Source: a virus
Taxonomy: Duplodnaviria; Caudoviricetes
Virus record (IMG/VR): IMGVR_UViG_2851924183_000002
Coordinates: 1-64,000 of that record
Direction: 5' to 3' (one strand)
Length of the DNA: 64,000 nt
Position numbers and translations under genes: made by a program. Below are positions 39,662 to 49,368 of the stretch, in pieces (within the stretch, counting starts at the first letter, position 1; the number at the start of each line of letters is the position of its first letter). The notes under the pieces are model-generated. The model was not told where the DNA came from and did no database searches. It saw only the letters and a list, made by a program, of their open reading frames with translations.

Positions 39662-39711
39662 ATGCGCGTCAATACTTTATAAAAAATTGTGATTTGGGTG
39701 GGGGGTTGGGG

Positions 39712-40752
39712 ATGGGTGAGGAATTAAATTTAAGCTGTCATAATGATACTGAACGCTTCAATAAAATAAAGTCAGAACTTTCATCTTTGAAAGATTTAAT
39801 ATCTAAAACACTAGATAAAGTTTGTGTTCCTATTGATCAAGCAGGATATTTTGAAAAATTATTAATAGATATAGACGAGAAATTTAATGAAATTTTTGAT
39901 TATATTGAAAGACTTAATGTAATTTCAAAAACACTTGAGATTGAAATTGAAAATCTTATTTCCTTAAGTGGAGAGGAGATAAAAAATATAAGTGATTTTA
40001 ATCATTTTAAGGCTTTCATTCTTGAATTTAAAGTCAAAATTTTAGTTTTAGCTAGAAGTGTTTTGAAAGACTTTCAAATTCAGACATATAAGGATTATAA
40101 GGGGAAGTCAGAAGAGCTTGTTGACGTGTTAAAGTCAAAAGAGGAGATGCTAAGTCTTAAAATTAATCATCTTAATACATTGATAGATGATCAGAAAAAT
40201 ATTAAAGTCCATAAAATTTTTGAAGATGATTCAACAAAATTTAGATTAATAGCACGCTTCTATGAATTTGCATTTTATTCAATAGTGGGTGTATTGATAC
40301 TCTATTTTTTAGGCTTAACATTTTATGTAAATAATTTTAATTTTTTATTTATTGAAGCCGATTTTCCAGAAAAAATTCATGGCAAACTTTCGCCAGAGTT
40401 TTATATTCAAAAAGTATCCCTGCTAGTACTTTCTACAACACTTGCGGCATTTCTTTTAAAACGTTCGTTTATGAACCGTCGTTTGGCTGATGATGCCTAC
40501 CGCACAGCTAAAGAGTTAGATGCACTTCCACGATATATGGAAGGTATGCCTGAAGAAATGAAAGAAAAAATTCGCTTTGACCTTGCTTATAAGTACTTTG
40601 GTAATAGTATTCACCACGAAAGTTATACAGGTGGTGAGAACTTGATGCATGAAAACATTAAAGCTAATACAGACTTTATTAAAGCAGTGAAGGATTTGTC
40701 GCCAAAGGCAGAAGCACCAAAGGATGATAAATCACCGAAAGATGCGGCTTGA
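39712..40752 (+). CDS. Helical N-terminus + 2TM accessory protein (paralogue 1)
   Basis: C-terminal RRLADDAYRTAKELDALP...LAYKYFG. Confidence 0.8.
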   Translation: MGEELNLSCHNDTERFNKIKSELSSLKDLISKTLDKVCVPIDQAGYFEKLLIDIDEKFNEIFDYIERLNVISKTLEIEIENLISLSGEEIKNISDFNHFKAFILEFKVKILVLARSVLKDFQIQTYKDYKGKSEELVDVLKSKEEMLSLKINHLNTLIDDQKNIKVHKIFEDDSTKFRLIARFYEFAFYSIVGVLILYFLGLTFYVNNFNFLFIEADFPEKIHGKLSPEFYIQKVSLLVLSTTLAAFLLKRSFMNRRLADDAYRTAKELDALPRYMEGMPEEMKEKIRFDLAYKYFGNSIHHESYTGGENLMHENIKANTDFIKAVKDLSPKAEAPKDDKSPKDAA

Positions 40753-40859
40753 TATTTTATATTTAGTGTTTGTAACTGATTTTATTATAGAAAAATTTTT
40801 AGCTTAGATGCTATACGAACTTCAATATTTTAAAGAATGTGACTTAAGTTGAATTTAAC

Positions 40860-41891
40860 ATGATAATAGATGAACCAATAAAGAATTTAATTCGTAATAC
40901 TAGTAGCGATAATCAGAAACTAATAGAAAGAATTAAAGATGATAATATGAAGATAAAATCAAAAATTACTGTTGAAATTGAAAAGGTGATAGATTACTTA
41001 GAGGAATTAAAAGACGGTAAGCATATTGATTATCAAGCCAGTGATAAATATCCTGATTTGTTTGATCTTAATAAACACTTGATAGGTGGATGCGTCAGGC
41101 AAGCCGCAAGGTTAAAAAGTATAATTGAAAGTATTGAAACAGATAGTGAAAACTTAGATTATTTATTTTCAATATCCCTTCCTTTAAAAACTGTAATCAA
41201 GGAGTATGATGAGGAAAATTACTATTTAATGCCAAATGATTTGGCTGTAACGAATGCTAGTTTATTTTCTATGGAATCATTTATCACAGCATTAAAACGT
41301 GAAAAAGATAATTACAGTCGAGTAATAACAGATGAAATTAGAAATATAATATTACATGCTGATGATGAAATAAGTAGATTTCGTCGTATTAGAAATATAG
41401 CAGATAATGCGAAAACTGAGAATATTTATGATCAAGCTGTTACTAAATATCGTGGTTTAGAAAAAGATTATAGATGGTATTTCTATTGGGCACTTGGACT
41501 AACGGTAGCAATTTCGTTAGGGACATTTTTTCTAAAAAAAGTATTAATTCCAGCTTTTCTTGGAAATGTTGAGTTTTGGGTACTTAAGGCTTCAATAATA
41601 GTAGTCGGAGTTACTTTAATTACTTATTTTTTAAAGCAATCTACTCATTATCAGCGTCTTGCAGACCAAAACTACCAAACCCAAGTAGAGCTACAAGCAT
41701 ATCCAAGTTTTATGGAAAGCATACCAACTGAAGAGGCCGCTTCGGTACGTAAAGAACTTGCGCTGAAATACTTCGGTCGTGAAATAGATGGAGCTGCTCA
41801 TAAAGATATGAGTAACCTGATCTCTGACCAATTGAAAAGCACAACAGAAATGGTGAAAGCTGCAACTGATGTGTTGAAAGTTAAGGGGTAA
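40860..41891 (+). CDS. Helical N-terminus + 2TM accessory protein (paralogue 2)
   Basis: C-terminal QRLADQNYQTQVELQAYP...LALKYFG. Confidence 0.8.
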   Translation: MIIDEPIKNLIRNTSSDNQKLIERIKDDNMKIKSKITVEIEKVIDYLEELKDGKHIDYQASDKYPDLFDLNKHLIGGCVRQAARLKSIIESIETDSENLDYLFSISLPLKTVIKEYDEENYYLMPNDLAVTNASLFSMESFITALKREKDNYSRVITDEIRNIILHADDEISRFRRIRNIADNAKTENIYDQAVTKYRGLEKDYRWYFYWALGLTVAISLGTFFLKKVLIPAFLGNVEFWVLKASIIVVGVTLITYFLKQSTHYQRLADQNYQTQVELQAYPSFMESIPTEEAASVRKELALKYFGREIDGAAHKDMSNLISDQLKSTTEMVKAATDVLKVKG

Positions 41892-41894
41892 GGT

Positions 41895-42653
41895 ATGGCT
41901 GCGAATGTTGATGCTAAAGTAGATTTTACTGCTATTCTGAGTGAAATCATGAAAAGTGAATATGGTTTAGTTTTCATTTGCTCATTACTTTTTATAATTG
42001 TTCTAGCTGCATTTTTATACATGTTTGGCAAGTCAGGAATAATTTCACACTTTAAAGTCTACTCTGAATATAGTAATAAAAAATATCTGAGAGAAATTGA
42101 GCAAAAAGAAGACCTTTTGAATGATGAAGCATTAAGCGAATTTAAAGGCGATATGGAATACCATATCAAAGTTTCTAAACTTGAAAACTTCTTAAAATTT
42201 AAGAACAAAGATATAGATTTACTGAAATATATTATTTCATGCAGGGATTCTCAAAGAGCAATTCGTCTGTACAAAAAAGGCTGTGAGTATTTAGAAAAAG
42301 ATAAAGAGACAAAAACATATAAGTTAAAACCTAAATATACGAAAGAGAGTATAGAACTCCAAGAAAAGAGAACTCCTTATATGTACTTTGGTATAAATGG
42401 TATAGGTGGCCTACCAATTTTTTTAAACCTTATTTCTAGTTTATTTCCAGAGCTTATTTCTTTTAATTTTAATGTACTTGAAAGCATTTCTTTCTTTATA
42501 GTCTTTTTTATCATATCGCTAGTGTATACATTCAGAACTTTGAAACCATTTGCCGCGCTTTACTTTTTAGAGATAGAAAAAATAGATGAAAGTCAGCAAG
42601 AAAGAAATATTGCTAAGAATCCTGTCTTAGTTAAAGAAAATAAGGTTGGATAA
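41895..42653 (+). CDS. Accessory membrane protein
   Basis: N-terminal TM and two C-terminal TM segments; low GC. Confidence 0.75.
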   Translation: MAANVDAKVDFTAILSEIMKSEYGLVFICSLLFIIVLAAFLYMFGKSGIISHFKVYSEYSNKKYLREIEQKEDLLNDEALSEFKGDMEYHIKVSKLENFLKFKNKDIDLLKYIISCRDSQRAIRLYKKGCEYLEKDKETKTYKLKPKYTKESIELQEKRTPYMYFGINGIGGLPIFLNLISSLFPELISFNFNVLESISFFIVFFIISLVYTFRTLKPFAALYFLEIEKIDESQQERNIAKNPVLVKENKVG

Positions 42654-42666
42654 GGAGCGGTAAAAT

Positions 42667-42984
42667 ATGATTTACGCTTTGATGTTTGGCTTAGGTATTT
42701 GGTGTGCGATCCCAGTACTTATGATTTGGTATTTGCTACTACCGAAAACTTACTTCCTGACTTTTAATGGTGAGACACCTTCACGGATGTCTATTTTTAC
42801 ACACCATTTCTTATCGATCCTTACGCTGTTTATGATTCTCGGTTTAGGCATCGAAACGGCAGTTAAGTATCCTGAAGGCACGATCGCGCCAGTATTCTTC
42901 TTATTGTCCATTATTTTAACACTCATATTTTGCGTGTACTTTGGGCGCAATAAAATCAATTTGGGTGATAAGAGAAGAGTATAA
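42667..42984 (+). CDS. Small 3-TM membrane protein
   Basis: AGGAG SD; hydrophobic. Confidence 0.7.
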   Translation: MIYALMFGLGIWCAIPVLMIWYLLLPKTYFLTFNGETPSRMSIFTHHFLSILTLFMILGLGIETAVKYPEGTIAPVFFLLSIILTLIFCVYFGRNKINLGDKRRV

Positions 42985-43110
42985 AAATAAACGTGAACTG
43001 AGTCGGAATTAGACTAAAGAGGGTTAAACAATTTGTATTTTTGTAGATAAAAATAAGTAGCTTAGATACTATTCCCTTGCATTTAAAATTAATAATTAGG
43101 GGGAAGTATC

Positions 43111-43305
43111 ATGAGAAATATATCTAAAAAAATCTGTCTAGGTTTAATCCTTTCTGTGGGGTTTGCTTCTATCGCAGATGCAGGGCGTGGACGCCAACCA
43201 TGCTCAGGTTCTAAGGGTGGAGTTAAACACTGTACCGCAGAAGGAAAATTTATGTGTAGAGATGGTTCAGTTAGCCAGTCTAAAAAGAGATGCACAGGAA
43301 GATAA
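43111..43305 (+). CDS. Small secreted Cys-rich protein (YdcA-like)
   Basis: Signal peptide; [12 protein letters not shown]...[16 protein letters not shown]. Confidence 0.8.
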   Translation: MRNISKKICLGLILSVGFASIADAGRGRQPCSGSKGGVKHCTAEGKFMCRDGSVSQSKKRCTGR

Positions 43306-43320
43306 TTCTTAAGGAGAATT

Positions 43321-43596
43321 ATGATGGGTTTTAATTTTAGAAAAAGTTTTAAAATTGCACCTGGCGTAAAACTTAATGTATCCAAAAAAGGAATCAGTAG
43401 TGTTTCTTTAGGTGGAAAGAGTGCAAGGGTAAATTTAGGAAAGAAAGGAACTAGGACTACAGTCGGTATTCCTAAAACGGGTCTTTCATATTCTTCATAT
43501 TCGCAGTATGTTCGAAGCAAACCTAAAAGTAAAAGCTCTGTTCATTGGATTTGGATTGGAATTATTGTTTTCTTTATTTTGATTTGGATTTTCTAA
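43321..43596 (+). CDS. DUF4236-like protein
   Basis: GFNFRKSFKIAPGVKLNVSK...GIPKTGLSY plus C-terminal TM. Confidence 0.85.
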   Translation: MMGFNFRKSFKIAPGVKLNVSKKGISSVSLGGKSARVNLGKKGTRTTVGIPKTGLSYSSYSQYVRSKPKSKSSVHWIWIGIIVFFILIWIF

Positions 43597-43660
43597 AAGC
43601 TCTTTACGAGCTTTTAGTTTTATAGATGTAGGAAATATTCTTGGGTAGATAATTCTAAAG

Positions 43661-43804
43661 TCACCACCATCTTAGTGCCGTAATAATATACGAACACCGC
43701 CAGATGATCATACATAAGATAATCAGAAAACTAACTTTCCAGTAGCCATATTTTTCCATGATGACCTCTAAACTTTTAACGATTAATGCTATACTTTCAG
43801 ACAT
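43661..43804 (-). CDS. 47-aa membrane peptide, candidate type I toxin
   Basis: One TM, ends ALRWW; SD inside CCTTA-N7-TAAGG hairpin. Confidence 0.65.
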   Translation of the reverse strand: MSESIALIVKSLEVIMEKYGYWKVSFLIILCMIIWRCSYIITALRWW

Positions 43805-43873
43805 GATTTGATCCTTAGTTGGTGTAAGGCTTGAATACAGAAACCTCAAAGACTGTGAATCTTTGGGGTTTTG
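43802..43873 (+). ncRNA. Candidate antisense antitoxin RNA
   Basis: Extended -10 TGCTATACT at 43787-43795; plus-strand terminator 43841-43872. Confidence 0.45.
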
Positions 43874-43994
43874 CTTTGTCTGGTGAGTCTATTTTTGAAA
43901 GAAGCATTTTTCACGGACTTCAATTTGTTAGAGGGGATAATACAAATTGACTTTTCTTATTTTGGAAATGAGCTTTCAAGTTGAAAACTTGCAT

Positions 43995-44075
43995 TTAATT
44001 TATGAAATATAAGAAATAAATACTGATAGAAATACAGCCAATCATAATGCCCATGAGAAAAGGGTAGATCCACAT
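43995..44075 (-). CDS. 26-aa hydrophobic peptide
   Basis: MWIYPFLMGIMIGCISISIYFLYFIN; GGAG SD; directly follows the upstream stop. Confidence 0.45.
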   Translation of the reverse strand: MWIYPFLMGIMIGCISISIYFLYFIN

Positions 44076-44237
44076 TTAGATCTCCCTTGCTCGCACTTTA
44101 TCAATACAACGTTCAATCATGCTGTGCTCTTGTTTTAGCAAGCTTTGCATACGAATGTATTGATAGTCCAAAATCATCCATAAAAGAACCAAAGCCACCA
44201 CAAACAAAACAATAAAAATAATTCCAAAATGAATCAT
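44076..44237 (-). CDS. 53-aa single-TM protein
   Basis: ATGA overlap with the TraR-family stop. Confidence 0.6.
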   Translation of the reverse strand: MIHFGIIFIVLFVVALVLLWMILDYQYIRMQSLLKQEHSMIERCIDKVRAREI

Positions 44238-44434
44238 CGGTATAAACTCCGCTTTAACTCTAAATTACTCTGGCAAGCAACACACAAAGTCACTGCACCA
44301 TACTTTTGACGTTCTGGTGGAATGTCATTCCCACATTCTTCACACTCAGAAAGTGAAGGCTGTGAATAGTCCTTAGGTTGGATACGAACCTGTTCTAGCT
44401 GGCGTTGTTGAGCGATATCTATAATATCAGCCAT
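44234..44434 (-). CDS. TraR/DksA C4 zinc-finger protein
   Basis: MADIID, CEECGNDIPPER, CVACQ. Confidence 0.92.
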   Translation of the reverse strand: MADIIDIAQQRQLEQVRIQPKDYSQPSLSECEECGNDIPPERQKYGAVTLCVACQSNLELKRSLYR

Positions 44435-44702
44435 GACGACTCCGAAGCTGGCGTGCGTCATGGTTAATGATGTTTCTTGCAAGCGCACATTGTGAAAGAG
44501 GAAGCTTGATAGCGGGGTTAGGTGTAGCTGATGGGGAAATCGTGGCAGCCCATTCCAAATGAGCCCGACCAGTCCAACCACATTCAAGGTTTTGGCACTG
44601 TCCATAAAGTGTTTTTAAAAGCGGATTTTCAACTTGAGAATGCCGAATAATCACTTTAGATCCGCAGTGCGGACAAGCATTCTGATTTCTTGTATTTGCC
44701 AT
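44427..44702 (-). CDS. ogr: Ogr/Delta-family late activator
   Basis: CPHCG...CQNLECG...ISPSATPNP. Confidence 0.92.
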   Translation of the reverse strand: MANTRNQNACPHCGSKVIIRHSQVENPLLKTLYGQCQNLECGWTGRAHLEWAATISPSATPNPAIKLPLSQCALARNIINHDARQLRSRHG

Positions 44703-44844
44703 ACGTGACCTGTTCTCGGTTTATCGTACTTATTGTATAATAAAAGTATTATATATGGTGATTTAATGTTGATTTATGTACGAAATATCGTTATTTTAAT
44801 TAGACCCTCTTGATAGCTGCTCAGTGAATAACTGGCAGCTTTTT

Positions 44845-46152
44845 TTATTTTTCGCCTTTGGCTTTTTGAATACGAGCCCACTCCCGATTTAATGCCACTT
44901 GAGCCGTCTTTTTACTCTTATAAGTGCGTACCAATATCAAAGGCTGGCTTTGGTCACCTACCGTCATAAGCTGAGGTTTAGGCTTTGCCGAATACCATGT
45001 TTTTACACCAGTATAGGTTTTATAGTTTTTCGCTTTTCTTTGCCCTGAACCTGTCTTGGTCTTTTTCTCTTGCTCAATTTTAGTCGTGTCATCAAACAGT
45101 ATGGAAACATCGTCAGCATTAGGCAGTTGTACCTCTAGCTCTATACGTGTGGTATAGCCTGAAGATTCGTTTAAGTCATGGGTAATGGTTTTGCCTAGCC
45201 AAACGATTTCATCGATCTGAGCCTTTAAACCCACAAATGAAAACTCTTGCTCCGGGAGTAAATCGGGTCGACCTTTGGCCAAGGTATAAGACAAAGATTG
45301 CTCAGCCCGTTTACATCGTTTTAATTCAGCTAAAGCGGCCAGTTCGGCTGTTTTCTTGTCACGGTGAATAAAGCGAATTTCTTTAGGGTTATCCGTATGA
45401 CTACCGACAATCACATACAGCTTTTCACCCTTTTTCGGGCTGTGATAATAGGCTTTTACACACTCCACTTTGTCATGACTTTGCCCATAAGAATATGAGT
45501 GTTGGTCACCGTCAGATCTGACCAGTTCAACTGCAGGTAGGTCGAGCCCTGAACTGGTCTGTGCCTCACCAATGGGAAGTAAAAGAAGGGTATTGTTTTT
45601 GACTGTTGCAATCGCATCGTGTTCATCGGCTATGCGGGTCATGATATTGGCATCGGAGTCATTCTGGTCGATATGTGAAACCTTACGACTGCTTAAACTG
45701 CTGTGTACCATCACTTTTAAACCATAGTCAAAGGCCAATGCCTGGAAAATTTCTGCTATGGTCTGTTGGTGGAACGATCGCTCTCGCTTTTGACGAAATG
45801 CTTCTGCAAGGTCGGTACTTTCAGCCGATATTCTCAGAACATCTGGGGCACCAGAATGTGAACCGCCCGTGACCAAATAAGACCCTTTATACATCAGGCC
45901 CGTGTCCGACCAACCGAGCCAAACTTTCATTTCTGCACCGACAGAAGGAATTTCGAGCGCGTTGTCACTGTCGTCTAAAGTGAGGTCGACACTATCTGCC
46001 ACCATTCCTCGGTTGTCTTGCAAACTCAGTCCAACGAGACGCGATGCCAAAGTCGATGAAATATCAATATCATTCACGGTAATGCGGTAAATAGCATGCG
46101 GATAGTTATTGAGGCTTGTATATTGCTCAGTGTTAGAGGGCATAAAACTCAT
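44845..46152 (-). CDS. P2 gpD late control/baseplate protein
   Basis: DNRGMVADSVDLTLDD, HSGAPD. Confidence 0.92.
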   Translation of the reverse strand: MSFMPSNTEQYTSLNNYPHAIYRITVNDIDISSTLASRLVGLSLQDNRGMVADSVDLTLDDSDNALEIPSVGAEMKVWLGWSDTGLMYKGSYLVTGGSHSGAPDVLRISAESTDLAEAFRQKRERSFHQQTIAEIFQALAFDYGLKVMVHSSLSSRKVSHIDQNDSDANIMTRIADEHDAIATVKNNTLLLLPIGEAQTSSGLDLPAVELVRSDGDQHSYSYGQSHDKVECVKAYYHSPKKGEKLYVIVGSHTDNPKEIRFIHRDKKTAELAALAELKRCKRAEQSLSYTLAKGRPDLLPEQEFSFVGLKAQIDEIVWLGKTITHDLNESSGYTTRIELEVQLPNADDVSILFDDTTKIEQEKKTKTGSGQRKAKNYKTYTGVKTWYSAKPKPQLMTVGDQSQPLILVRTYKSKKTAQVALNREWARIQKAKGEK

Positions 46153-46589
46153 AAAATGAGACCCCCAAGACTTAACAATGCCTGACCTGTAGCACCCAAC
46201 AGTTTCTTGGTAGTGTCTTCGGTGATGATTAAAGAGACGCTAAACGTAATTTTTCGGGTACCGCCATTATGGAAAAAGTTGGAACGGGTTTCCTGAACGT
46301 CCTTAATAATCACCAACCCATAAATCTTTCCAGTCCCTTCAATTAAAATGTACTGCTTACCTGTGTCACCCATGTTGCGTAGCATATCGAGCGAGTTTTG
46401 GTAGCCCGTAATTTCAGGATAAATTACACCGGATAAATTGATGGTTTCTTCATCTTTTCCAGTGAACTGATAGGCAGGGGTATTGCCCACACGGCTGTTA
46501 CTTGGATGTCGCCAAGCCGTTGAGCGCTGTAGCTCTTGATAAGATGCGGTCGAGAGTTGAAATACGAATAAACCAAGTGCCATCATCAT
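46149..46589 (-). CDS. P2 gpU tail protein
   Basis: MMALGLFVF...WRHPSNSRVG. Confidence 0.93.
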   Translation of the reverse strand: MMMALGLFVFQLSTASYQELQRSTAWRHPSNSRVGNTPAYQFTGKDEETINLSGVIYPEITGYQNSLDMLRNMGDTGKQYILIEGTGKIYGLVIIKDVQETRSNFFHNGGTRKITFSVSLIITEDTTKKLLGATGQALLSLGGLIL

Positions 46590-46594
46590 GTGTC

Positions 46595-49171
46595 TTACTC
46601 CCGATCTGTCAACATACGACGGATCAGCGCACTGCGTTCCCGATCGCGCTGGGCTAAAGCTTGGCGTACTTCATTGGCAGCGTTGTGTAAAACACCTTTA
46701 CCGCTGTTGTCGATGTGAATCTGAATATTGTCGCTATTATGAATCGTGATATTCCTATGGTTTTGAATAGGCGTTGCTCTCTGAAATTTGGGTGCATTTT
46801 GATTCCAAGCATCGTGGCCACTCATCGATTTTGATGGTTGGGTATTTCCCTTTGAGGCGCTTGCACCTATCAAAGGTTGTTTGGTGCCTGAGCCCACTGT
46901 TGGCATAGCACTATCAAAGACGCCAAGCGTTTGCCGATACTGACTCTGTAGGGCAGGTGTGCGGTTATTCAGTCCTACACCTATACCATCGACAATATGA
47001 CCGCCCATGCCTGCCATGACACGGCTCGGAGAGTGAATATCCATTTTCTTCCGCATAAAGTCGGGCATGAAATTGGTGACTTGTGACCAAATACTTTGCA
47101 GCCCAGGGAACATTGATTTAATTCCGTTGATTAAACCTTTCACCAACATGCTACCAAAGCCAGTGAATTTAGCGGGAAGCTCTATGCCAAACCAAGAAAG
47201 GACTTTGGCAAATATAGAATAGAACAAACCTAATGGTGACCAGTTTAGGATGAGTGCACTTACACCTAAAATCCCACCACTAAAAGCGGTTTTGATGGTT
47301 GACCAAACGTATTTAAAGAAACCTGAAATTGGCTCCCAATTGCGGTAGATGAGATAGGCAGCACCTGCTACCGCAGCGACTACCCCTAAAATAACTAAAC
47401 CGACAGGGGAGAAAATTGCACCTAAGGCACCAAAACCAATCCCTAAAGCGCCGAATGTCATTTTTAAAATAGCTAACGGCCCTAGCAAGGTCACAATACC
47501 CAGCACAAGCGCTGATATACCACCCAGTAAAACAATGCCTGCGACTGCCACTTTGGTGAGGGTTGCAGCAAGTGCTGGATTTTCTTTTGCCCAGTTACGG
47601 ACGTCATTGGTAAACGTACGTACTTTGAGGATTAAACTATTTAGTGGTGGCAGTAGGACGTTACCGATATCGATACCTAATGCAGCCACGCCATTTTTTA
47701 ATAATTTGATATTGTTCGCCGACGTTGCTGCACGTGCTGCATACTCTTTTTCCATGGAGCCGGCATACTGGCTTTTATCTGCTACCAAGCCCAGATTCTT
47801 CTCAAGGGCGCTCATGTTGGTGAGCAGCGGTGCGATCGCACTCAATGACTCTTTACCAAATAAATCTGAAAGAACGGAAGCCTGTTTGTATTTGTCTAAG
47901 GCAGCAATCTGCTTTAACACCATGAGAGTCGTCCCGTTGGCATCTTTTTGCATGTCTTTTGCGACTTTGCCATAGTCCAAACCAAGCTCTTTATAGGCTG
48001 AGATTTGCCCCTTAGTTGCAGACTCGCCCGCAACCAAGGCCAACATAGTATTTTTAATACCAGTCGCAGCAATTTCCTCTTGAATACCCATACCTCGTAA
48101 GGTCGCACCTAACGCGGCAATACTAGAGGCAGCAAAGCCTCCGACTTCACCAAGGGGTCCAATCCTTTGTACAATTTCTAAAATGCCTTTGGCTGCTGCT
48201 GGGGTATTGTTGCCTAAGTAGTTAATTTGGTCGGCTAGGGTGGTTACTTGTGCCTGTGACATCCGAAAAGCTGTTCGTAGTTCAGCCATCGACTGACCAG
48301 ATTCTTCAGCCGAAATATCGAAGGCTACACCCATTTTTACAGCCGTTTCAGCAAAGGTGGTGAGCTCCTTACTTGCAATACCGGACTGCGCACCAGCGGC
48401 GACAATCGCAGCAATGTCCTTGGCTGCCATAGGCAAACGAGTCGACATTTCAACAATTTCATTATTAATGGATTTGAACTCAGCTTCGGTACCGTTAAAG
48501 ACCTTTTTGACATCGGCTAGAGAGGACTCATAATCGATGGCCAGTTTTACGGGCACAGTCATGGCTGCCGTGCCAACACCTGCCACCATTAAGCCTTTTT
48601 TGGCGAAGTCTGAACCTTTTTGTAGGATGGCTTGGGTTTTGGCAAAACGCTCTTGCGCCTTACTGTTTTTATCCAAGGCATCACGACGTTTATTCAACTC
48701 CATGGTGGTGAGGTGGATTTTATTTTTAAGCGCACTTTCTTCGTCAGTGAGCTGTTCTACACCTCTGGATAGTTTGTCGACATTGAGTCCAGCTTTTTGC
48801 AAAGTTTGGATATGGTTTTGCAATTCGTTACGTTGGGTGGTTTCAGTACTCTTGAGCCGGCGAATCCCTTGTTCGAGGTTTTTAATTTTGTTGAGTTGAG
48901 TCTCGGTTAAGGTGTTACCGTTTTTTTGTAAGCTTTGTAGTTGCTTTAATTCACTCCGATACTCTGCCGTTTTATTGGCTGTAGCCTCTAAGGCAGTTTG
49001 CGTTTCCTTATAGCGGTTGATATGGCCTTGTTGATCCTGAAGCGCTTTAAGCTCAGTACGCGTTTTTTTAAAGGCGGTACCGAGGTTCTGTGAGCCACCA
49101 ATAATCGCCTTCATGGGGCCAGACATATTGTCCTTTGCGTCAAAAAAAACGCGTAAATTTAAGGTCGACAT
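46595..49171 (-). CDS. Tail tape measure protein (gpT)
   Basis: YESSLADVKK, LFGKES, IHSPSRV motifs. Confidence 0.93.
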   Translation of the reverse strand: MSTLNLRVFFDAKDNMSGPMKAIIGGSQNLGTAFKKTRTELKALQDQQGHINRYKETQTALEATANKTAEYRSELKQLQSLQKNGNTLTETQLNKIKNLEQGIRRLKSTETTQRNELQNHIQTLQKAGLNVDKLSRGVEQLTDEESALKNKIHLTTMELNKRRDALDKNSKAQERFAKTQAILQKGSDFAKKGLMVAGVGTAAMTVPVKLAIDYESSLADVKKVFNGTEAEFKSINNEIVEMSTRLPMAAKDIAAIVAAGAQSGIASKELTTFAETAVKMGVAFDISAEESGQSMAELRTAFRMSQAQVTTLADQINYLGNNTPAAAKGILEIVQRIGPLGEVGGFAASSIAALGATLRGMGIQEEIAATGIKNTMLALVAGESATKGQISAYKELGLDYGKVAKDMQKDANGTTLMVLKQIAALDKYKQASVLSDLFGKESLSAIAPLLTNMSALEKNLGLVADKSQYAGSMEKEYAARAATSANNIKLLKNGVAALGIDIGNVLLPPLNSLILKVRTFTNDVRNWAKENPALAATLTKVAVAGIVLLGGISALVLGIVTLLGPLAILKMTFGALGIGFGALGAIFSPVGLVILGVVAAVAGAAYLIYRNWEPISGFFKYVWSTIKTAFSGGILGVSALILNWSPLGLFYSIFAKVLSWFGIELPAKFTGFGSMLVKGLINGIKSMFPGLQSIWSQVTNFMPDFMRKKMDIHSPSRVMAGMGGHIVDGIGVGLNNRTPALQSQYRQTLGVFDSAMPTVGSGTKQPLIGASASKGNTQPSKSMSGHDAWNQNAPKFQRATPIQNHRNITIHNSDNIQIHIDNSGKGVLHNAANEVRQALAQRDRERSALIRRMLTDRE

Positions 49172-49185
49172 TGGTGGGAATACCT

Positions 49186-49368
49186 TCACTCGTTGGTTTG
49201 ATTACGCTCTAAAGCTTTTTGGTGCCACATAAATAATTCGCTGAGGCTCATTTCTGCGAAGTCGCGTGGTGACCAGTGGAAGACCAAAGCTATGTTGGCC
49301 ATGACATCGGGAATACTGTCTATAATTGGATATCGGTCGCTGCACGTTGCGACTTCGGCATCAAAAAA
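49186..49368 (-). CDS. gpE' frameshift extension
   Basis: TTTTTTG slip site at 49362-49368; -1 frame gives MANIALVFHWSPRDF...W..KALER. Confidence 0.8.
   Translation of the reverse strand, partial: FFDAEVATCSDRYPIIDSIPDVMANIALVFHWSPRDFAEMSLSELFMWHQKALERNQTNE

Noticed and set aside
43089-43520. 143-aa minus-strand ORF
   Set aside because: Shadow of two recognisable plus-strand genes.
27073-44434. TraR-family gene in both prophages as a shared system
   Set aside because: TraR/DksA zinc fingers are common in both phage groups, and no linking evidence was seen.
47535-48899. Plus-strand ORFs inside the tape measure gene, and similar ORFs throughout the window
   Set aside because: Antisense shadows of well-supported phage genes.
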